A DNA stretch of 64,000 bases from an uncultured Candidatus Rokubacteria bacterium (GCA_963747235.1 CAVVEU010000040.1:480001-544000); one strand, 5' to 3'; positions 1 through 10,513 are shown, counted from the stretch's first letter. Notes: a model not told the origin generated them from the letters alone. Numbers and translations are program-made.

Positions 1-312
1 CGGACCCTGGGCGACACCGTCGTCGCCCCAGTCGAGGCTCGGATTGATGACCACCGCGCGGCCGGCCAGCGCCGGGTCGGCGCCCGCGCCGACGGCGGAG
101 ACCTCCCCGGCGCCGTCCGAGCCCAGGATGACGCGCTGGCGGAATCCGCCCGCGTACGCGCCGGTGCCGCTGCGAATCCACACGTCACGATGATTGAGGG
201 CGGCGGCGCGGAGCCGGACCACGACCTCCCCCGGGCCGGGCGTGGGATCGTCCACGTCCTCCAGCCGCAGGTTCTCGGCCGGGCCCGGCTCGCGCAGCAC
301 CGCCGCCCTCAT
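1..312 (-). CDS. Zinc-binding alcohol dehydrogenase/quinone oxidoreductase (MDR family), N-terminal part; runs off window
   Basis: Manual translation from ATG 312: MRAAVLREPGPAENLRLEDVDDPTPGPGEVVVRLRAAALNHRDVW...ILGSDGAGEV, a typical MDR GroES-like N-terminus. Confidence 0.85.
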   Translation of the reverse strand, partial: MRAAVLREPGPAENLRLEDVDDPTPGPGEVVVRLRAAALNHRDVWIRSGTGAYAGGFRQRVILGSDGAGEVSAVGAGADPALAGRAVVINPSLDWGDDGVAQGP

Positions 313-316
313 CGCG

Positions 317-1675
317 CTACGCCTCGTAGATCTTCTTGAGCTCGATCTCCGCCCAGTGCACGGCGTCCTCCGCCTTCATGCCCTGCGCGGCCTTGGCGTA
401 CATGTCGGTGATGATGTACTTGGTGAAGACCTCGGTGGACTTGGCGGTCGACGGCCCCGCGTAGCCGAAGAGGCGGCTGCTGCGCGCGGCGGTGCGGAAC
501 ATCTTGAGCGGCTCGTCCACCCGGCCCCACATCGCGTGGTTCTCCCAGACCTTGGTGGCGCCCACGCTGTAGGCCTCCTGGGTGAGGAACCACTTCTCGT
601 AGTTCTCCTTCTTGTGCACCCAGCGGATCAGGTCCTTGGCCAGCTTCGGGTTCTTGCTGTGCTTCATGACCGCGTGGCCGTGGTTCAGGAAGAGCAGGTA
701 GGCCCCCGCCGGGCCGGCCGGGAGCGGAGCGTGGTCGATGTCGGTCCACATCGGCTCGCCCTTGTCGTCCTTGATCTTCTCCTTCTGCCGCTTGGCCACC
801 AGGTAGATGCTGGCCCCGTTCAGCGTCGCGGAGAGCTCCCCCGCGTGGAAGGCACGGTTGTTGTTGGTGTCGTCCCAGGCGAGCCCGCCCTCGTCGCACG
901 CGTCCTTCCAGAAGGCCTGCATGAACTTCACCGCCTCGATCGCGCCCTTGCTGTTGAGCACGACCTTCTTGCCGGTCTGATCGGTCTCCGCCCCGCCGAA
1001 GGCCCAGAGCATGGTGTAGGTGAACACCGGCGCGTCGCCGAAGGTGTGGCCGAGGGTCTGGCCGTAGGGCTTGCCCTTCTTCTTGAGCGCGGTGAAGACC
1101 TTGCGGGCCTCGTCCCACGTCTTCGGGTACTGCGTGGCGCCCACTTCCTTGAGCCACGACTTCCGGTACGCCACCGCGTTGCCCACGATCGAGTGCGGCA
1201 CCGCGAGCCACTTGCCGTTGACCTGCATGGACGGCGGGTAGATGTCGTAGAAGCCGCCCTCCGCCTTGGCCAGATCGCCCGCCACGTCGCTCACGTCCAC
1301 CACCGCGTTCTGGTAGAGGTGCGCCCAGTTGTACTGGAACATGAAGATGTCGGCGCCGGAGCCGGACTGGATCGCGGCGGTGATGCGCGGCTGCAGGTCG
1401 TTGGCGTTGATCGTCTCCAGCACCACCTCGGCCCCGAGGGCCTTGGAGGCCTCCGGCATCTGCCGCTTCAGCTCGACGTCGGACTCGGGCACGAAGTCCA
1501 CCCAGCGCACCCAGTGCAGCTTGGTTCCCTGCGCGAAGGCGGGGGCCCGGCGCGCGGCCAGGATGCCCTCGATGCCGCCCGCGACCGCGGCGGCCGCGCC
1601 GGCGGTCTTGAGGAAGGCGCGACGACCGACCGGCGTCGCGCTCACCGAGTCCTTGCTCTCTTCGAGATCAGCCAT
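317..1675 (-). CDS. ABC transporter extracellular solute-binding protein (sugar-type), Tat signal
   Basis: C-terminal part of ORF 317..2611 from MADLEESK; GRRAFLK twin-arginine motif; AGGAGG RBS upstream. Confidence 0.9.
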   Translation of the reverse strand: MADLEESKDSVSATPVGRRAFLKTAGAAAAVAGGIEGILAARRAPAFAQGTKLHWVRWVDFVPESDVELKRQMPEASKALGAEVVLETINANDLQPRITAAIQSGSGADIFMFQYNWAHLYQNAVVDVSDVAGDLAKAEGGFYDIYPPSMQVNGKWLAVPHSIVGNAVAYRKSWLKEVGATQYPKTWDEARKVFTALKKKGKPYGQTLGHTFGDAPVFTYTMLWAFGGAETDQTGKKVVLNSKGAIEAVKFMQAFWKDACDEGGLAWDDTNNNRAFHAGELSATLNGASIYLVAKRQKEKIKDDKGEPMWTDIDHAPLPAGPAGAYLLFLNHGHAVMKHSKNPKLAKDLIRWVHKKENYEKWFLTQEAYSVGATKVWENHAMWGRVDEPLKMFRTAARSSRLFGYAGPSTAKSTEVFTKYIITDMYAKAAQGMKAEDAVHWAEIELKKIYEA

Positions 1676-1713
1676 GCTGTGTCCTCCTGGACGTGGGATG
1701 TGGGGATTTCGAC

Positions 1714-2611
1714 CTACCGGAGCACGCCGGCGCCCTGGAGCGCCGCCCGGATCGCGGTGGCCTGGGCCGGCGACGTGGCCGGCATGGGCGCGCGCGGCAC
1801 GCCGGCGGGGCGGCCCATGAGGGCCTGACAGTGCTTCACGTTCGCGGGCAGGTTGTCGTGGAAGATCGCGTTCCAGATCGGCAGCAGCTTGCCGTGCAGC
1901 GCCAGCGCCTGCTTGTGATCGCCCGCCTGCACCGCGTCCCAGAGCTGCACGCAGAGACCGGGCACCGCGGTGAGGATCGCCGCGATCGCGCCGTGGGCGC
2001 CCAGGATGAACGAGGGATACAGGAGCGCGTCCACCGCGGTCATGATGCGGGCATCGTCGCCCACCAGCAGCAACAAATCGGCGAGCAGCTTCATGTCGCC
2101 CGCGCTCTGCTTGACCCCGATCACCCCGGGCACCGTCTTGATGATGCGGGCCAGGAGCTGCGGCGAGAGATACGTCCACGGGACGACGTTGTAGATGATG
2201 ATCGGCATGCCGGTGCGGGTGGCCAGGGTGTCGAAGTGGCGAACCATCGCGTCGTCGTCCGGCCGGAACAGGTAGTGCACCGGCGTCACCTGGAGCGCGG
2301 CCACCCCCAGGTCCTTCACCGCCAGCCCCCGCTCCACCGCGGAGGCGGTGCTGTCGGTGATGACGCCGGTGATCACCGGCACGCGGCCCCGCACTTCCTC
2401 GACCACCGCGGCGGTGATGCGGCGCACCTCGTCGGTGGAGAGGACGTGGCCCTCGCCGGTGCTGCCGGTCACCGCGAGGCCGTGCACCCGCGCGGTCTCG
2501 ACCATGAAGCGCGCCTCCGCGCGCAACGCCGCTCTCGTCGATGGTGTCGTCGGGACGAAACGGGGTGGTCATCGGGGGAACGATGCCGAAGATCCGATCA
2601 GGGCTGTTCAT
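1714..2611 (-). CDS. Dihydrodipicolinate synthase family aldolase/lyase (frameshift ~2530)
   Basis: GIVPPMTTPF, GSTGEG, IIIYNV and GVKQS (Schiff-base Lys) motifs split over two frames. Confidence 0.88.
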
Positions 2612-2649
2612 GTGAGCCTTTCTGGATTCCGTCTCCGTCTCTCTAGACC

Positions 2650-2696
2650 GGTGGGGGGCGTCCGGGGAGGAGCGGCGGTCGCTCCCCCCGGATTAG
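2650..2696. repeat. REP-like intergenic hairpin, family A, copy 1
   Basis: ccggggaggagcg-gcggt-cgctccccccgg stem; similar to the reverse complement of 24729..24771. Confidence 0.65.
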
Positions 2697-2697
2697 A

Positions 2698-4417
2698 CTA
2701 GACCACCAGGCGCTCGTACATGCCCTGCACGTCGGCGGCGTGGAAGCGCGCCACGTGATTGGTCGGGGGCAGCGCCTCCGCGTAGAAGAACTCGGGCAGC
2801 TCGTCGTCCTTGGCGGTGAAGCCGGCCCGCTTGTTGAACTCGTGCTCGAGCTTGAGCGTCTCGCGGCCGAGGGCCTCGAAGAAGTCCTTGGTGAGGCTCG
2901 TGCCGTGGGCCGCGTTGATCGTGTCGGTGAGCCACTCGGTGTTCGGGATTGGTCACGCTCATGCCGAAGATGCAGAGGCCGAGCGAGTCGTTGGCCGCCA
3001 CCCGCGCCTGGTGGGCCACGCTCTGCTCCACGATGGCGGGCGTCTCCATCTCGCGGGTCTTGAGCCGCGGCAGGTTGCCCGCGGTGTGATCGGCGCCCTG
3101 GGCGGTGGCCATCATGGTGATGCCGGTGGCCTCGACCACGCGGGGATCGTAGGCGCTGATCGCCTGCTTCTTGATGACCGGCACGCGCTTGACCTTGTAG
3201 TGCTCGCCCACCCGCCAGGTGCCCTGGGCCCAGATGCGGCCCTTCTCGGAGCCCTGCCGGATCTCGGCCAGGCAGTCGGCCATGAACGCGCACGTCGCCG
3301 AACGCGCCGAGCCCCGCCTCCATCAGCACCGCGATCATGGCCCCGAGTCTCGATGGTGTCCACGCCCAGGTCGTTGGCGATGTAGTTCATCTGGGCGAGA
3401 TCGTCGGGATCGGTGAGCCCGCAGTTGGTGCCGAGCAGCCCGAGGGTCTCGTACTCGACCGGCGAGACCACTTCCTTGCCGTTCGCGTCCGCGTAGATGT
3501 TGCTGCACTGGATCACGCAGCCGGGCATGCAGGCGTGGGTGTGCTCGCCCCCGCGCGAGACGTTGAGCTGGCTGATGTACTCGCCGCCCATCTTGAACTT
3601 CTCGCCCGTGGAGACGTCCACCTGCTGGCCCACGCTGAAGTTGTTGACCGGCAGGCCGCCCAGGGTGTTCTGCAGATCCGCCATGCCCATGGTGCCGACC
3701 TTCGCGTAGAAGTTGGTCACCATGGAGTCGGCCTGCAGCATCTTCGCGTAGTTCTTGATGGCCGCGTTGACCTTCTTCGGATCGGAGAACGGCGGGATCT
3801 TGTCGAGGTCCACCACGACGGCCTTGACCTTCTTCGATCCCATCACCGCGCCCACGCCACCCCGGGCCGAGAGGCGCGCCGGGCGGCCGTCCTTGTCGCT
3901 GAACGCGATGCCCGCGATCAGGCCCTGGTACTCGCCGACCGGGCCGCAGAGCCCGATCGTGACCTTCTTGCCGTACTTGGCGTGCAGCATGTTCTGGGCC
4001 TCGAAGTTGCCCTTGCCGAGATACGGCGCCGCGTCGTCGAACTCGATCGTGCCGTCCTTCTTGAAGTGGATGACCACCCAGTCGGGCGAGGCGTCCAGCA
4101 GGGTGAAGCCGGCGATCTTCTGCTGGCCGAGCCCGTAGCTGAAGCTGCCGCCCCCGTTGGCCTCCTTGATGCCGCCGGTGAGCGGGCTCTTGCAGCCCAC
4201 GCTGGTGCGATTGGCGTTGGAGAAGCTGGTCCCCGCGAAGGGCCCGGCCGAGAAGATCAGCGGATTGGCCGGCGAGAGCGGATCCACCGTCGCGGCGCCC
4301 AGCTCGAGCAGGGTCTTGGCGATGAAGTAGCGGCCGGCCTTCACGATGGCCTCGCCTTCCAGCTCGCGCTTCGTGATCGTTCCGGTCGCTCAGGCGGATG
4401 TCGTAGTAGGTGCGCAT
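2698..4417 (-). CDS. aor: Aldehyde:ferredoxin oxidoreductase (W/Mo-pterin AOR family), several frameshifts
   Basis: KSPLTGGIKEANGGG, ARGGVGAVMGSKKVKAVV, CMPGCVIQC, EYET, NDLGVDTIE, DSLGLC motifs across frames; start MRTYYDIRL, end ...MYERLVV*. Confidence 0.88.
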
Positions 4418-4437
4418 CGCGTGCTCCTCTTGTTCGG

Positions 4438-5286
4438 TCAGGATGATGGAGGCTTGGCCTGCGGCTGCAGCTCGGCGCTCGTCGACTGCTCGCTCGCGCC
4501 CGGCTCGACCAGCTCGATACTCTCCGCGGGCGGCATCTGGGACGGCTCCAGCGGCCGCCGGGCCCGGAAGCGGATCTGGGGCAGCCGGCCCACCGCCTGG
4601 CGGAGGGCCTGCTCCCAGCGCATGCCGATCTTGATGAGGTCGGGGTCGCCGGCGGGAAACCGGCGCAGCCGGGTGATCTCGAGCTCGTCCACCTCGTAGG
4701 CGAGCAGGTCCACCGGCGGGCCCACCGTGACGTTCGAGCGCATCGTCGAGTCGAGCGAGAGCAGCGCGTACTTCGCCGCTTCCTCGAGCGTGGTGCGCTC
4801 GAAGCGGATGCCGCGGTCGAGGATCGGCCGGCCGTACTTGGTCTCGCCGATCTGCAGATACGGCGAGTCCACGCTCGCCTGCAGCGGGTTGCCCTGCGGG
4901 TAGATGATGAAGAGCCCGGGCGACTCGCCCCGCACCTGCCCGCCCAGCACCAGGTTCACGTTGAACTTGAAGTCGTCGCGCTCGAGCGCGTCGCGGTCCA
5001 TGTCGGAGACGCGGCGCACCTGCTCGCCGATGATCCGGGCCGCGTCGTAGAGGGACGGGGCCTGCGCGAGCCCCCGGCCCTGGTCGAAGTCCCGCTGGAT
5101 CAGGGTGATGATGGACTGGGTGCAGGAGAGGCTGCCGCTGCTGAGCAGGATGAACACGCGCTCGCCCGGCTGGACGAAGGTGTGCATCTTGCGCGCGACG
5201 TTGACCTGGTCGTGGCCCGCGTTGGTCCGGGAGTCCGACGCCATCACCAGCCCGTACTTGGTCCAGATCCCGACACAGTAGGTCAT
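4438..5286 (-). CDS. Anbu-type proteasome-like Ntn protease
   Basis: MTYCVG...SDSRTNAG-D, IYPQGN, QIGETKYGRPILDR, SLDSTMRSNVTVGPP; catalytic Thr directly after Met. Confidence 0.92.
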   Translation of the reverse strand: MTYCVGIWTKYGLVMASDSRTNAGHDQVNVARKMHTFVQPGERVFILLSSGSLSCTQSIITLIQRDFDQGRGLAQAPSLYDAARIIGEQVRRVSDMDRDALERDDFKFNVNLVLGGQVRGESPGLFIIYPQGNPLQASVDSPYLQIGETKYGRPILDRGIRFERTTLEEAAKYALLSLDSTMRSNVTVGPPVDLLAYEVDELEITRLRRFPAGDPDLIKIGMRWEQALRQAVGRLPQIRFRARRPLEPSQMPPAESIELVEPGASEQSTSAELQPQAKPPSS

Positions 5287-5413
5287 AAACCCCTTGAGTC
5301 TCTCTATATCCGCTCGGCTCGCCGTTGGCTGCACCTCGCCCAACGGGAGTCATGTTACCAGAACCGCGCGCGATCCGATTGACCGGCACACCAGCGAGGA
5401 TTACCGTGGCCTC

Positions 5414-6229
5414 ATGCGGATCCACATCGGGCACGAGCTCGTCTTCGAGGTGCCCCGACCCACGCCGATGCTCCTCATGCTCTATGTCCGACCGGAGGTG
5501 GCGTCGGCGCTTCAACAGCCGGAGGGCATCGTGGCCGACCCGGCCGGAAATGTCGAGAGCTTCGTGGACTGGTTCGGCAACCGAGCCGCTCGGATCGTGG
5601 CGCCCGCCGGCTCGCTCCGCCTCCGCTACGACAACGTCGTGGAAGACTCGGGCCGGCCCGACCCGACCATCGAGGGGCTGCCACTCCGGCCGATGGCGGA
5701 GCTGCCCGCCGAGAGCTGGCGGTATCTGCTCGCGAGCCGGTACTGCGAGGTCGACCGCATGTCGGCGATCGCCTGGGACCTCTTCGGCTCGACACCCGAG
5801 TCCTGGGAGCGCGTGCAGGCGGTGCTGGAGTGGGTGCACAACAACGTGACCTTCGGCTACCAGTACTCCCGGCCCACCAAGACCGCCTTCGACGTCTTCA
5901 CCGAGCGGCAGGGCGTCTGCCGGGACTTCCAGCACCTGGCCATCACCTTCCTGCGCGCGCTGAACATCCCGGCCCGCTACACCACCGGGTACCTGGGCGA
6001 TATCGGCGTGCCGCCGGATCAGAACCCCATGGACTTCTCGGCCTGGCTCGAGGCCTATCTGGGCGACGGCTGGCACACGCTGGATGCCCGGCACAACAAG
6101 CCGCGCATCGGGCGCGTGCTCATGGGCCGCGGCCGGGACGCGGTGGATGTGGCGCTGACCACCTCCTTCGGCAGCACCACCTTGACGAAGTTCACCGTCT
6201 GGACCAGCCAGCTTCCCGAGAGCGCATGA
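5414..6229 (+). CDS. Transglutaminase-like protein
   Basis: YLLASRYCEVD, GVCRDFQHLAITFLRALNIPARYTTGYLGD, DFSAWLEAYL, GRGRDAVDV. Confidence 0.92.
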   Translation: MRIHIGHELVFEVPRPTPMLLMLYVRPEVASALQQPEGIVADPAGNVESFVDWFGNRAARIVAPAGSLRLRYDNVVEDSGRPDPTIEGLPLRPMAELPAESWRYLLASRYCEVDRMSAIAWDLFGSTPESWERVQAVLEWVHNNVTFGYQYSRPTKTAFDVFTERQGVCRDFQHLAITFLRALNIPARYTTGYLGDIGVPPDQNPMDFSAWLEAYLGDGWHTLDARHNKPRIGRVLMGRGRDAVDVALTTSFGSTTLTKFTVWTSQLPESA

Positions 6230-7071
6230 TCGCGACGCCCGAAGGCCATTTCACGATCGACACCGCGGGCCCCGCCACCGGCCCGCTGGTCCTGCTCCTC
6301 CACGGCTACCCGCAGACGCGGCACACGTGGCGCCACCAGCTCCCCGCGCTCGGCGCGGCCGGCTATCGCGCGGTCGCGCCCGACCAGCGCGGCTACTCCC
6401 CCGGCGTGCGGCCGGATCCGGCCAAGGGCCTCGACGCCTACGCGATCGACCGGCTGGTCCAGGACGTCCTCGACCTGGCCGACGCGGCCGCCGCGCCCGG
6501 CGAGCGGTTCCACCTGGTCGGGCACGACTGGGGCGGGCACGTGAGCTGGGTCACCGCGCACCGCCATCCCGCGCGCATCCGCTCGCTGACCGTCCTCTCG
6601 CGCCCGCATCCCGCGGCCTTCCGGCGGGCCTTCAAGGAAAACGCCGACGAGCAGCGGCACCGCTCCCGCCACCACAAGATCTTCCACGACCCGACCACGG
6701 GCCCCCGGCTCCTGGAGGACGGGGCGCGCCGCCTGCGGGCCCGGCTCAGCGAGCAGGGCGTCCCGGAGGCCGCGGTGGCCGAGTACCTCTCGGTGCTGGG
6801 AGAGCCCGCCGCCCTGGAGGCCGCGCTGGCCTGGTACCGGGCCGCGGGGACCCTCACCGCGGTGGACGTGGGCCCCGTCACGGTGCCGACGCTCTACTTC
6901 TGGGGCGACGCGGACGCCACCGTCGGCCCCTCCGCGGCCCGCTTCACCGCCGATTTCGTCACCGGCCCCTTCCGGTTCGAGGTGCTGCCCGGAATCGGCC
7001 ACTTCGTCACCGACCAGGACCCGGAGGCGGTCACCCGCGGGCTCCTCTCCCACCTCGCCCGCCATCGGTGA
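6226..7071 (+). CDS. Alpha/beta hydrolase (epoxide hydrolase-like)
   Basis: LLHGYPQ, APDQRGYS, VGHDWGG nucleophile elbow, GHF; ATGA overlap with upstream gene. Confidence 0.9.
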   Translation: MIATPEGHFTIDTAGPATGPLVLLLHGYPQTRHTWRHQLPALGAAGYRAVAPDQRGYSPGVRPDPAKGLDAYAIDRLVQDVLDLADAAAAPGERFHLVGHDWGGHVSWVTAHRHPARIRSLTVLSRPHPAAFRRAFKENADEQRHRSRHHKIFHDPTTGPRLLEDGARRLRARLSEQGVPEAAVAEYLSVLGEPAALEAALAWYRAAGTLTAVDVGPVTVPTLYFWGDADATVGPSAARFTADFVTGPFRFEVLPGIGHFVTDQDPEAVTRGLLSHLARHR

Positions 7072-7129
7072 TATTCTCTCTGCGGTCGGGCGCCGCACCG
7101 CAGGGGCGCCGACAACGGAGGATTCCATC

Positions 7130-8053
7130 GTGGCGAAAGACCTCAAGATCTGGATGAACGGGCGGCTCGTCCCCCAGGCCGAGGCCGTCCTGCCCGTGAA
7201 CAGCGCGGCCGTGTTCTACGCGACCAACGTGTTCGAGGGGCTGCGGGCCTACTGGAACGAAGCCGACGGCGAGGTCTACTGCTTCCGCCTCGGCGAGCAC
7301 TTCGCGCGCCTGCGCGAGTCCATGAAGATGATGCGCTTCACGGTCCCCTACACCGACATGGACCTCTACGAGGCGGTGCGGGAGGTGCTGCGCGGCAACG
7401 AGATCCACGAGGACGTCCACATGCACCTGGTGGCCTACGTGGCCGGTCCCGGGCTCGACGCGACCACCCCGACCGGGCTCTACATCAATCCCCGGCGGCG
7501 CGCCCGCATCATCGACGGCCATGGGCTCCGCTGCTGCATCACCTCGTGGCAGCGCACGAGCGACAACGCGATCCCGATTCGCCTCAAGTGCGGCGCCAAC
7601 TACCAGAACGGCCGGCTCGCCACGCTGCAGGCCAAGGCCGACGGCTACGACGCGCCGATCTTCCTGAACCAGCACGGCACGGTCGCGGAGGGCTCGGGCG
7701 CCACGTTCTTCATGGTGCGCCGCGGCCAGCTCGTGACGCCGCCGATCACCAGCGACATCCTCGAGTCCATCACCCGCACCACCCTGATCGACGCGGTGGC
7801 GCCGGCGCTGGGCATGGACGTGGTGGAGCGCGACATCGCGCGCACCGAGCTGTACGTGGCCGACGAGGCCTTCTTCTGCGGCAGCGGCTACGAGATCACC
7901 CCGATCCTCTCGGTGGACAAGTTCCCGCTCGGCGACGGCGGCGTCGGCCCCATCACCCAGCGGCTGCTCACCGCCTACATGAACGTGGTCCGGGGCGCGG
8001 ACCGGCGATTCCCCGAGTGGCGGATGCCGGTCTACAAGCCCGTCACGGTCTGA
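7130..8053 (+). CDS. Branched-chain amino acid aminotransferase family (PLP fold IV)
   Basis: VFEGLRAY, KCGANY, EGSGATFF, ILESITR, ADEAFFCGS. Confidence 0.9.
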   Translation: MAKDLKIWMNGRLVPQAEAVLPVNSAAVFYATNVFEGLRAYWNEADGEVYCFRLGEHFARLRESMKMMRFTVPYTDMDLYEAVREVLRGNEIHEDVHMHLVAYVAGPGLDATTPTGLYINPRRRARIIDGHGLRCCITSWQRTSDNAIPIRLKCGANYQNGRLATLQAKADGYDAPIFLNQHGTVAEGSGATFFMVRRGQLVTPPITSDILESITRTTLIDAVAPALGMDVVERDIARTELYVADEAFFCGSGYEITPILSVDKFPLGDGGVGPITQRLLTAYMNVVRGADRRFPEWRMPVYKPVTV

Positions 8054-8070
8054 TCCTTCGCCCCTGTCCT

Positions 8071-8109
8071 CCCTCTCCCCCGCCGAGGGGGAGAGGGCAG
8101 GGTGAGGGG
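8071..8109. repeat. REP-like repeat family B, copy 1
   Basis: Hairpin CCCTCTCCCC...GGGGAGAGGG plus 22-bp core GGGGAGAGGGCAGGGTGAGGGG identical to the copies at 62.1 and 62.8 kb. Confidence 0.85.
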
Positions 8110-8139
8110 GCTCCCCCGGTGAAGCAAGGAGACTCCCCC

Positions 8140-9762
8140 ATGCCCAACGCCGTGCGTGTCCTCGCGCTCCTCCTGATCCTCTCCGGCCTCGCCGCGCTGC
8201 CTGCCGCCGCGCAGGCCCCGGCGCCCACGGTGCGGGAAGGCAAGCCGGGCGGCATCCTGCGCATGGTGCTCCGCGAGGACCTGCCCCAGGGCTTCTCCGT
8301 CCACGAGACCGCGACCAACTCGGTCACGTGGCCGTCCATGCCCTGCTACAGCAACCTCGTCGTCTACGATCAGACCAAGCGGCTCGGGCGGATGGATACC
8401 ATCGTCCCCGAGCTGGCCGAGAAGTGGTCGTGGCAGGACAACTACCGGAACCTCGTCTTCTTTCTCAGAAAAGACGTCAAGTGGCACGACGGCCAGCCCT
8501 TCACCTCGAAGGACGTGAAGTTCACCTTCGACACCGTGCGCGAGGCCGCCGACGCCCCCGCCAAGCTGCGCATCAACCCGAGAAAAGAGTGGTACGCCAA
8601 CGTGGACGCGGTGGAGGCGCCCGATCCGCACACGGTGGTATTCCGCCTCAAGCGGCCGCAGCCCTCGCTGGTCGCCATGCTCGCCTCCGGCTACTCGCCG
8701 GTGATCCCGGCCCACGTGCCGATCGCCGAGCACCGCGCGCGCTGCATCGGCACCGGCCCCTTCAAGTTCAAGGAGTGGAAGCGCGGCCAGACGGTCGACC
8801 TGGTGCGCAACCCGGACTACTTCGTCAAGGGCCGGCCCTACCTCGACGGCGTGCGCTACACCGTCATCGTCGAGCGCGGCACGCGGGTCGCCGCGCTCCA
8901 GGCCAACCAGATCGACGTGGCCTACCCGGGCGAGACCACGCTCTCCATCGCGGAGCAGCTCAAGGGCGCGGTCCCGAGCATGGTCTTCACCGAGACCGCG
9001 AGCAACGTCAGCGAGAACCTCCTGCTCAACACCAAGAAGCCGCCCTTCGACAACGTCAAGGTGCGGCGCGCGCTCAGCTTCGCGATCGACCGCCGCGCCT
9101 ATACCCAGACCGTGCACCGCGGGGCCGCGGTCATCGGCGCCTCGCTGGCGCCCAAGCCGTGGGGCGTGTGGGGCCTGGTGGACAAGGATCTCAACCAGCT
9201 CCCGGGCTACGGGGGCGCCGCGGAGGGCCGCGCGACGGCCAGGAAGCTGCTGGCCGAGGCCGGGTTCGGACCGGGCAACCCGCTCAAGGTCGAGATCGTC
9301 ACGCGCGCCATCGCGATCTACCTCGACTTCTCGGGCTTCGTGGTCAGCGACCTGAAGCAGGTGGGCGTGGAGGCCACGCTCAAGCAGATCGAGACCGCGC
9401 AGTGGCACCCGATGGTCACGCGCCGCGAGTTCCACATCGGCGCCAATCTCACCGGCCTCGGGGTGGACGATCCCGACGCGAACTTCTACGAGAACTACGC
9501 GTGCGGCTCGTCCCGGAACTACGGGGACTATTGCAACGAGGAAGTGAGCAAGCTCATCGAGCAACAGTCGCAGGAGATCGATCAGAAGAAGCGCCTCGCC
9601 CTCGTCTGGCAGATCCAGAAGAAGCTCGAGGAGGACGCGGCCCGCCCGACCATGGGCTGGCGCACCGACCGCTTCGCGCACTACCCGTACGTGAAGAACC
9701 TGATCCCGAACCAGGTCACCTACAACTGCTGCCGGCTGCAGGAAGTCTGGCTCGACAAGTAG
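8140..9762 (+). CDS. ABC transporter substrate-binding protein, family 5 (peptide/nickel)
   Basis: Signal peptide; PELAEKWSW, LRKDVKWHDGQPFTSKDVKFTFD, GTGPFKF; AAGGAG RBS. Confidence 0.92.
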   Translation: MPNAVRVLALLLILSGLAALPAAAQAPAPTVREGKPGGILRMVLREDLPQGFSVHETATNSVTWPSMPCYSNLVVYDQTKRLGRMDTIVPELAEKWSWQDNYRNLVFFLRKDVKWHDGQPFTSKDVKFTFDTVREAADAPAKLRINPRKEWYANVDAVEAPDPHTVVFRLKRPQPSLVAMLASGYSPVIPAHVPIAEHRARCIGTGPFKFKEWKRGQTVDLVRNPDYFVKGRPYLDGVRYTVIVERGTRVAALQANQIDVAYPGETTLSIAEQLKGAVPSMVFTETASNVSENLLLNTKKPPFDNVKVRRALSFAIDRRAYTQTVHRGAAVIGASLAPKPWGVWGLVDKDLNQLPGYGGAAEGRATARKLLAEAGFGPGNPLKVEIVTRAIAIYLDFSGFVVSDLKQVGVEATLKQIETAQWHPMVTRREFHIGANLTGLGVDDPDANFYENYACGSSRNYGDYCNEEVSKLIEQQSQEIDQKKRLALVWQIQKKLEEDAARPTMGWRTDRFAHYPYVKNLIPNQVTYNCCRLQEVWLDK

Positions 9763-9774
9763 CCGGAGCGCCGG

Positions 9775-10512
9775 ATGCGGGTCGTCTTCTGGAACATCCG
9801 CGCGGGGGGCGGCGTGCGCGCCGCCGCCATCGCGCGGCAGATCGCGGCCTGGGAGGCGGACGCGGTGGCGCTGGCCGAGTTCCGCGGCACGCCGCCCAGC
9901 GGGGAGCTGGCCCGCGACCTGGCCCGGCTCGGGCTTCCCTACCAGTGGACCACCGCGGACCCCGCGCGGCCCGGCGTCAACGGCCTCTTGCTGGCCTCAC
10001 GCTGGCCGCTGCGCCGGCTCCGGCTCCCCTGCGCGCCCAGCGAGCCGTGCCGCTGGCTGCTGGCCCGCGTCCTGGCCCCGGAGCCGCTCGCGCTCGGCGT
10101 GATGCACGTGCCCAACCGGGTCGGCGGCCGCAAGTACCCGTTCCTCGACGCGGTGCTCACCACCGCGCGGCGGCGCTGGGCCACCCCCGCCCTGCTGGTC
10201 GGCGACACCAACTCGGGCCGCATCGGCCTCGACGAGGAGGTCCCCGCGTTCAACCGGATCGAAGACGGCTGGATGCGCGAGCTCGACGAGGCGGGCTGGA
10301 CCGACGCTTACCGCCATCTGCGGGGCACCGCGCGGGCCTACACCTGGTACTCCCCGAACGGCGGGAACGGCTTCCGGATCGACCAGGCCTTCCTCAATCG
10401 CGCGCTACAACCCCGCCTGCGCCGCTTCCGCTACGACTGGGGCCGACGGTCCCGTCTCACCGGCCGCCCCGCAAGCGATCACGCGGCCATGATCCTCGAC
10501 CTGGCCGGCTGA
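9775..10512 (+). CDS. Endonuclease/exonuclease/phosphatase (EEP, ExoIII-like) family protein
   Basis: WNI, LAE, GDTN, WTDAYR, YTWYS, RIDQAF and SDH motifs. Confidence 0.85.
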   Translation: MRVVFWNIRAGGGVRAAAIARQIAAWEADAVALAEFRGTPPSGELARDLARLGLPYQWTTADPARPGVNGLLLASRWPLRRLRLPCAPSEPCRWLLARVLAPEPLALGVMHVPNRVGGRKYPFLDAVLTTARRRWATPALLVGDTNSGRIGLDEEVPAFNRIEDGWMRELDEAGWTDAYRHLRGTARAYTWYSPNGGNGFRIDQAFLNRALQPRLRRFRYDWGRRSRLTGRPASDHAAMILDLAG

Positions 10513-10513
10513 C

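Noticed and set aside
317-2611. Apparent DHDPS-SBP fusion ORF (764 aa)
   Set aside because: Produced by the indel near 2530; the SBP has its own RBS, ATG and Tat signal
9775-10512. EEP nuclease as a possible defence or retroelement endonuclease
   Set aside because: No reverse transcriptase or defence partner nearby; consistent with a stand-alone ExoIII-like enzyme
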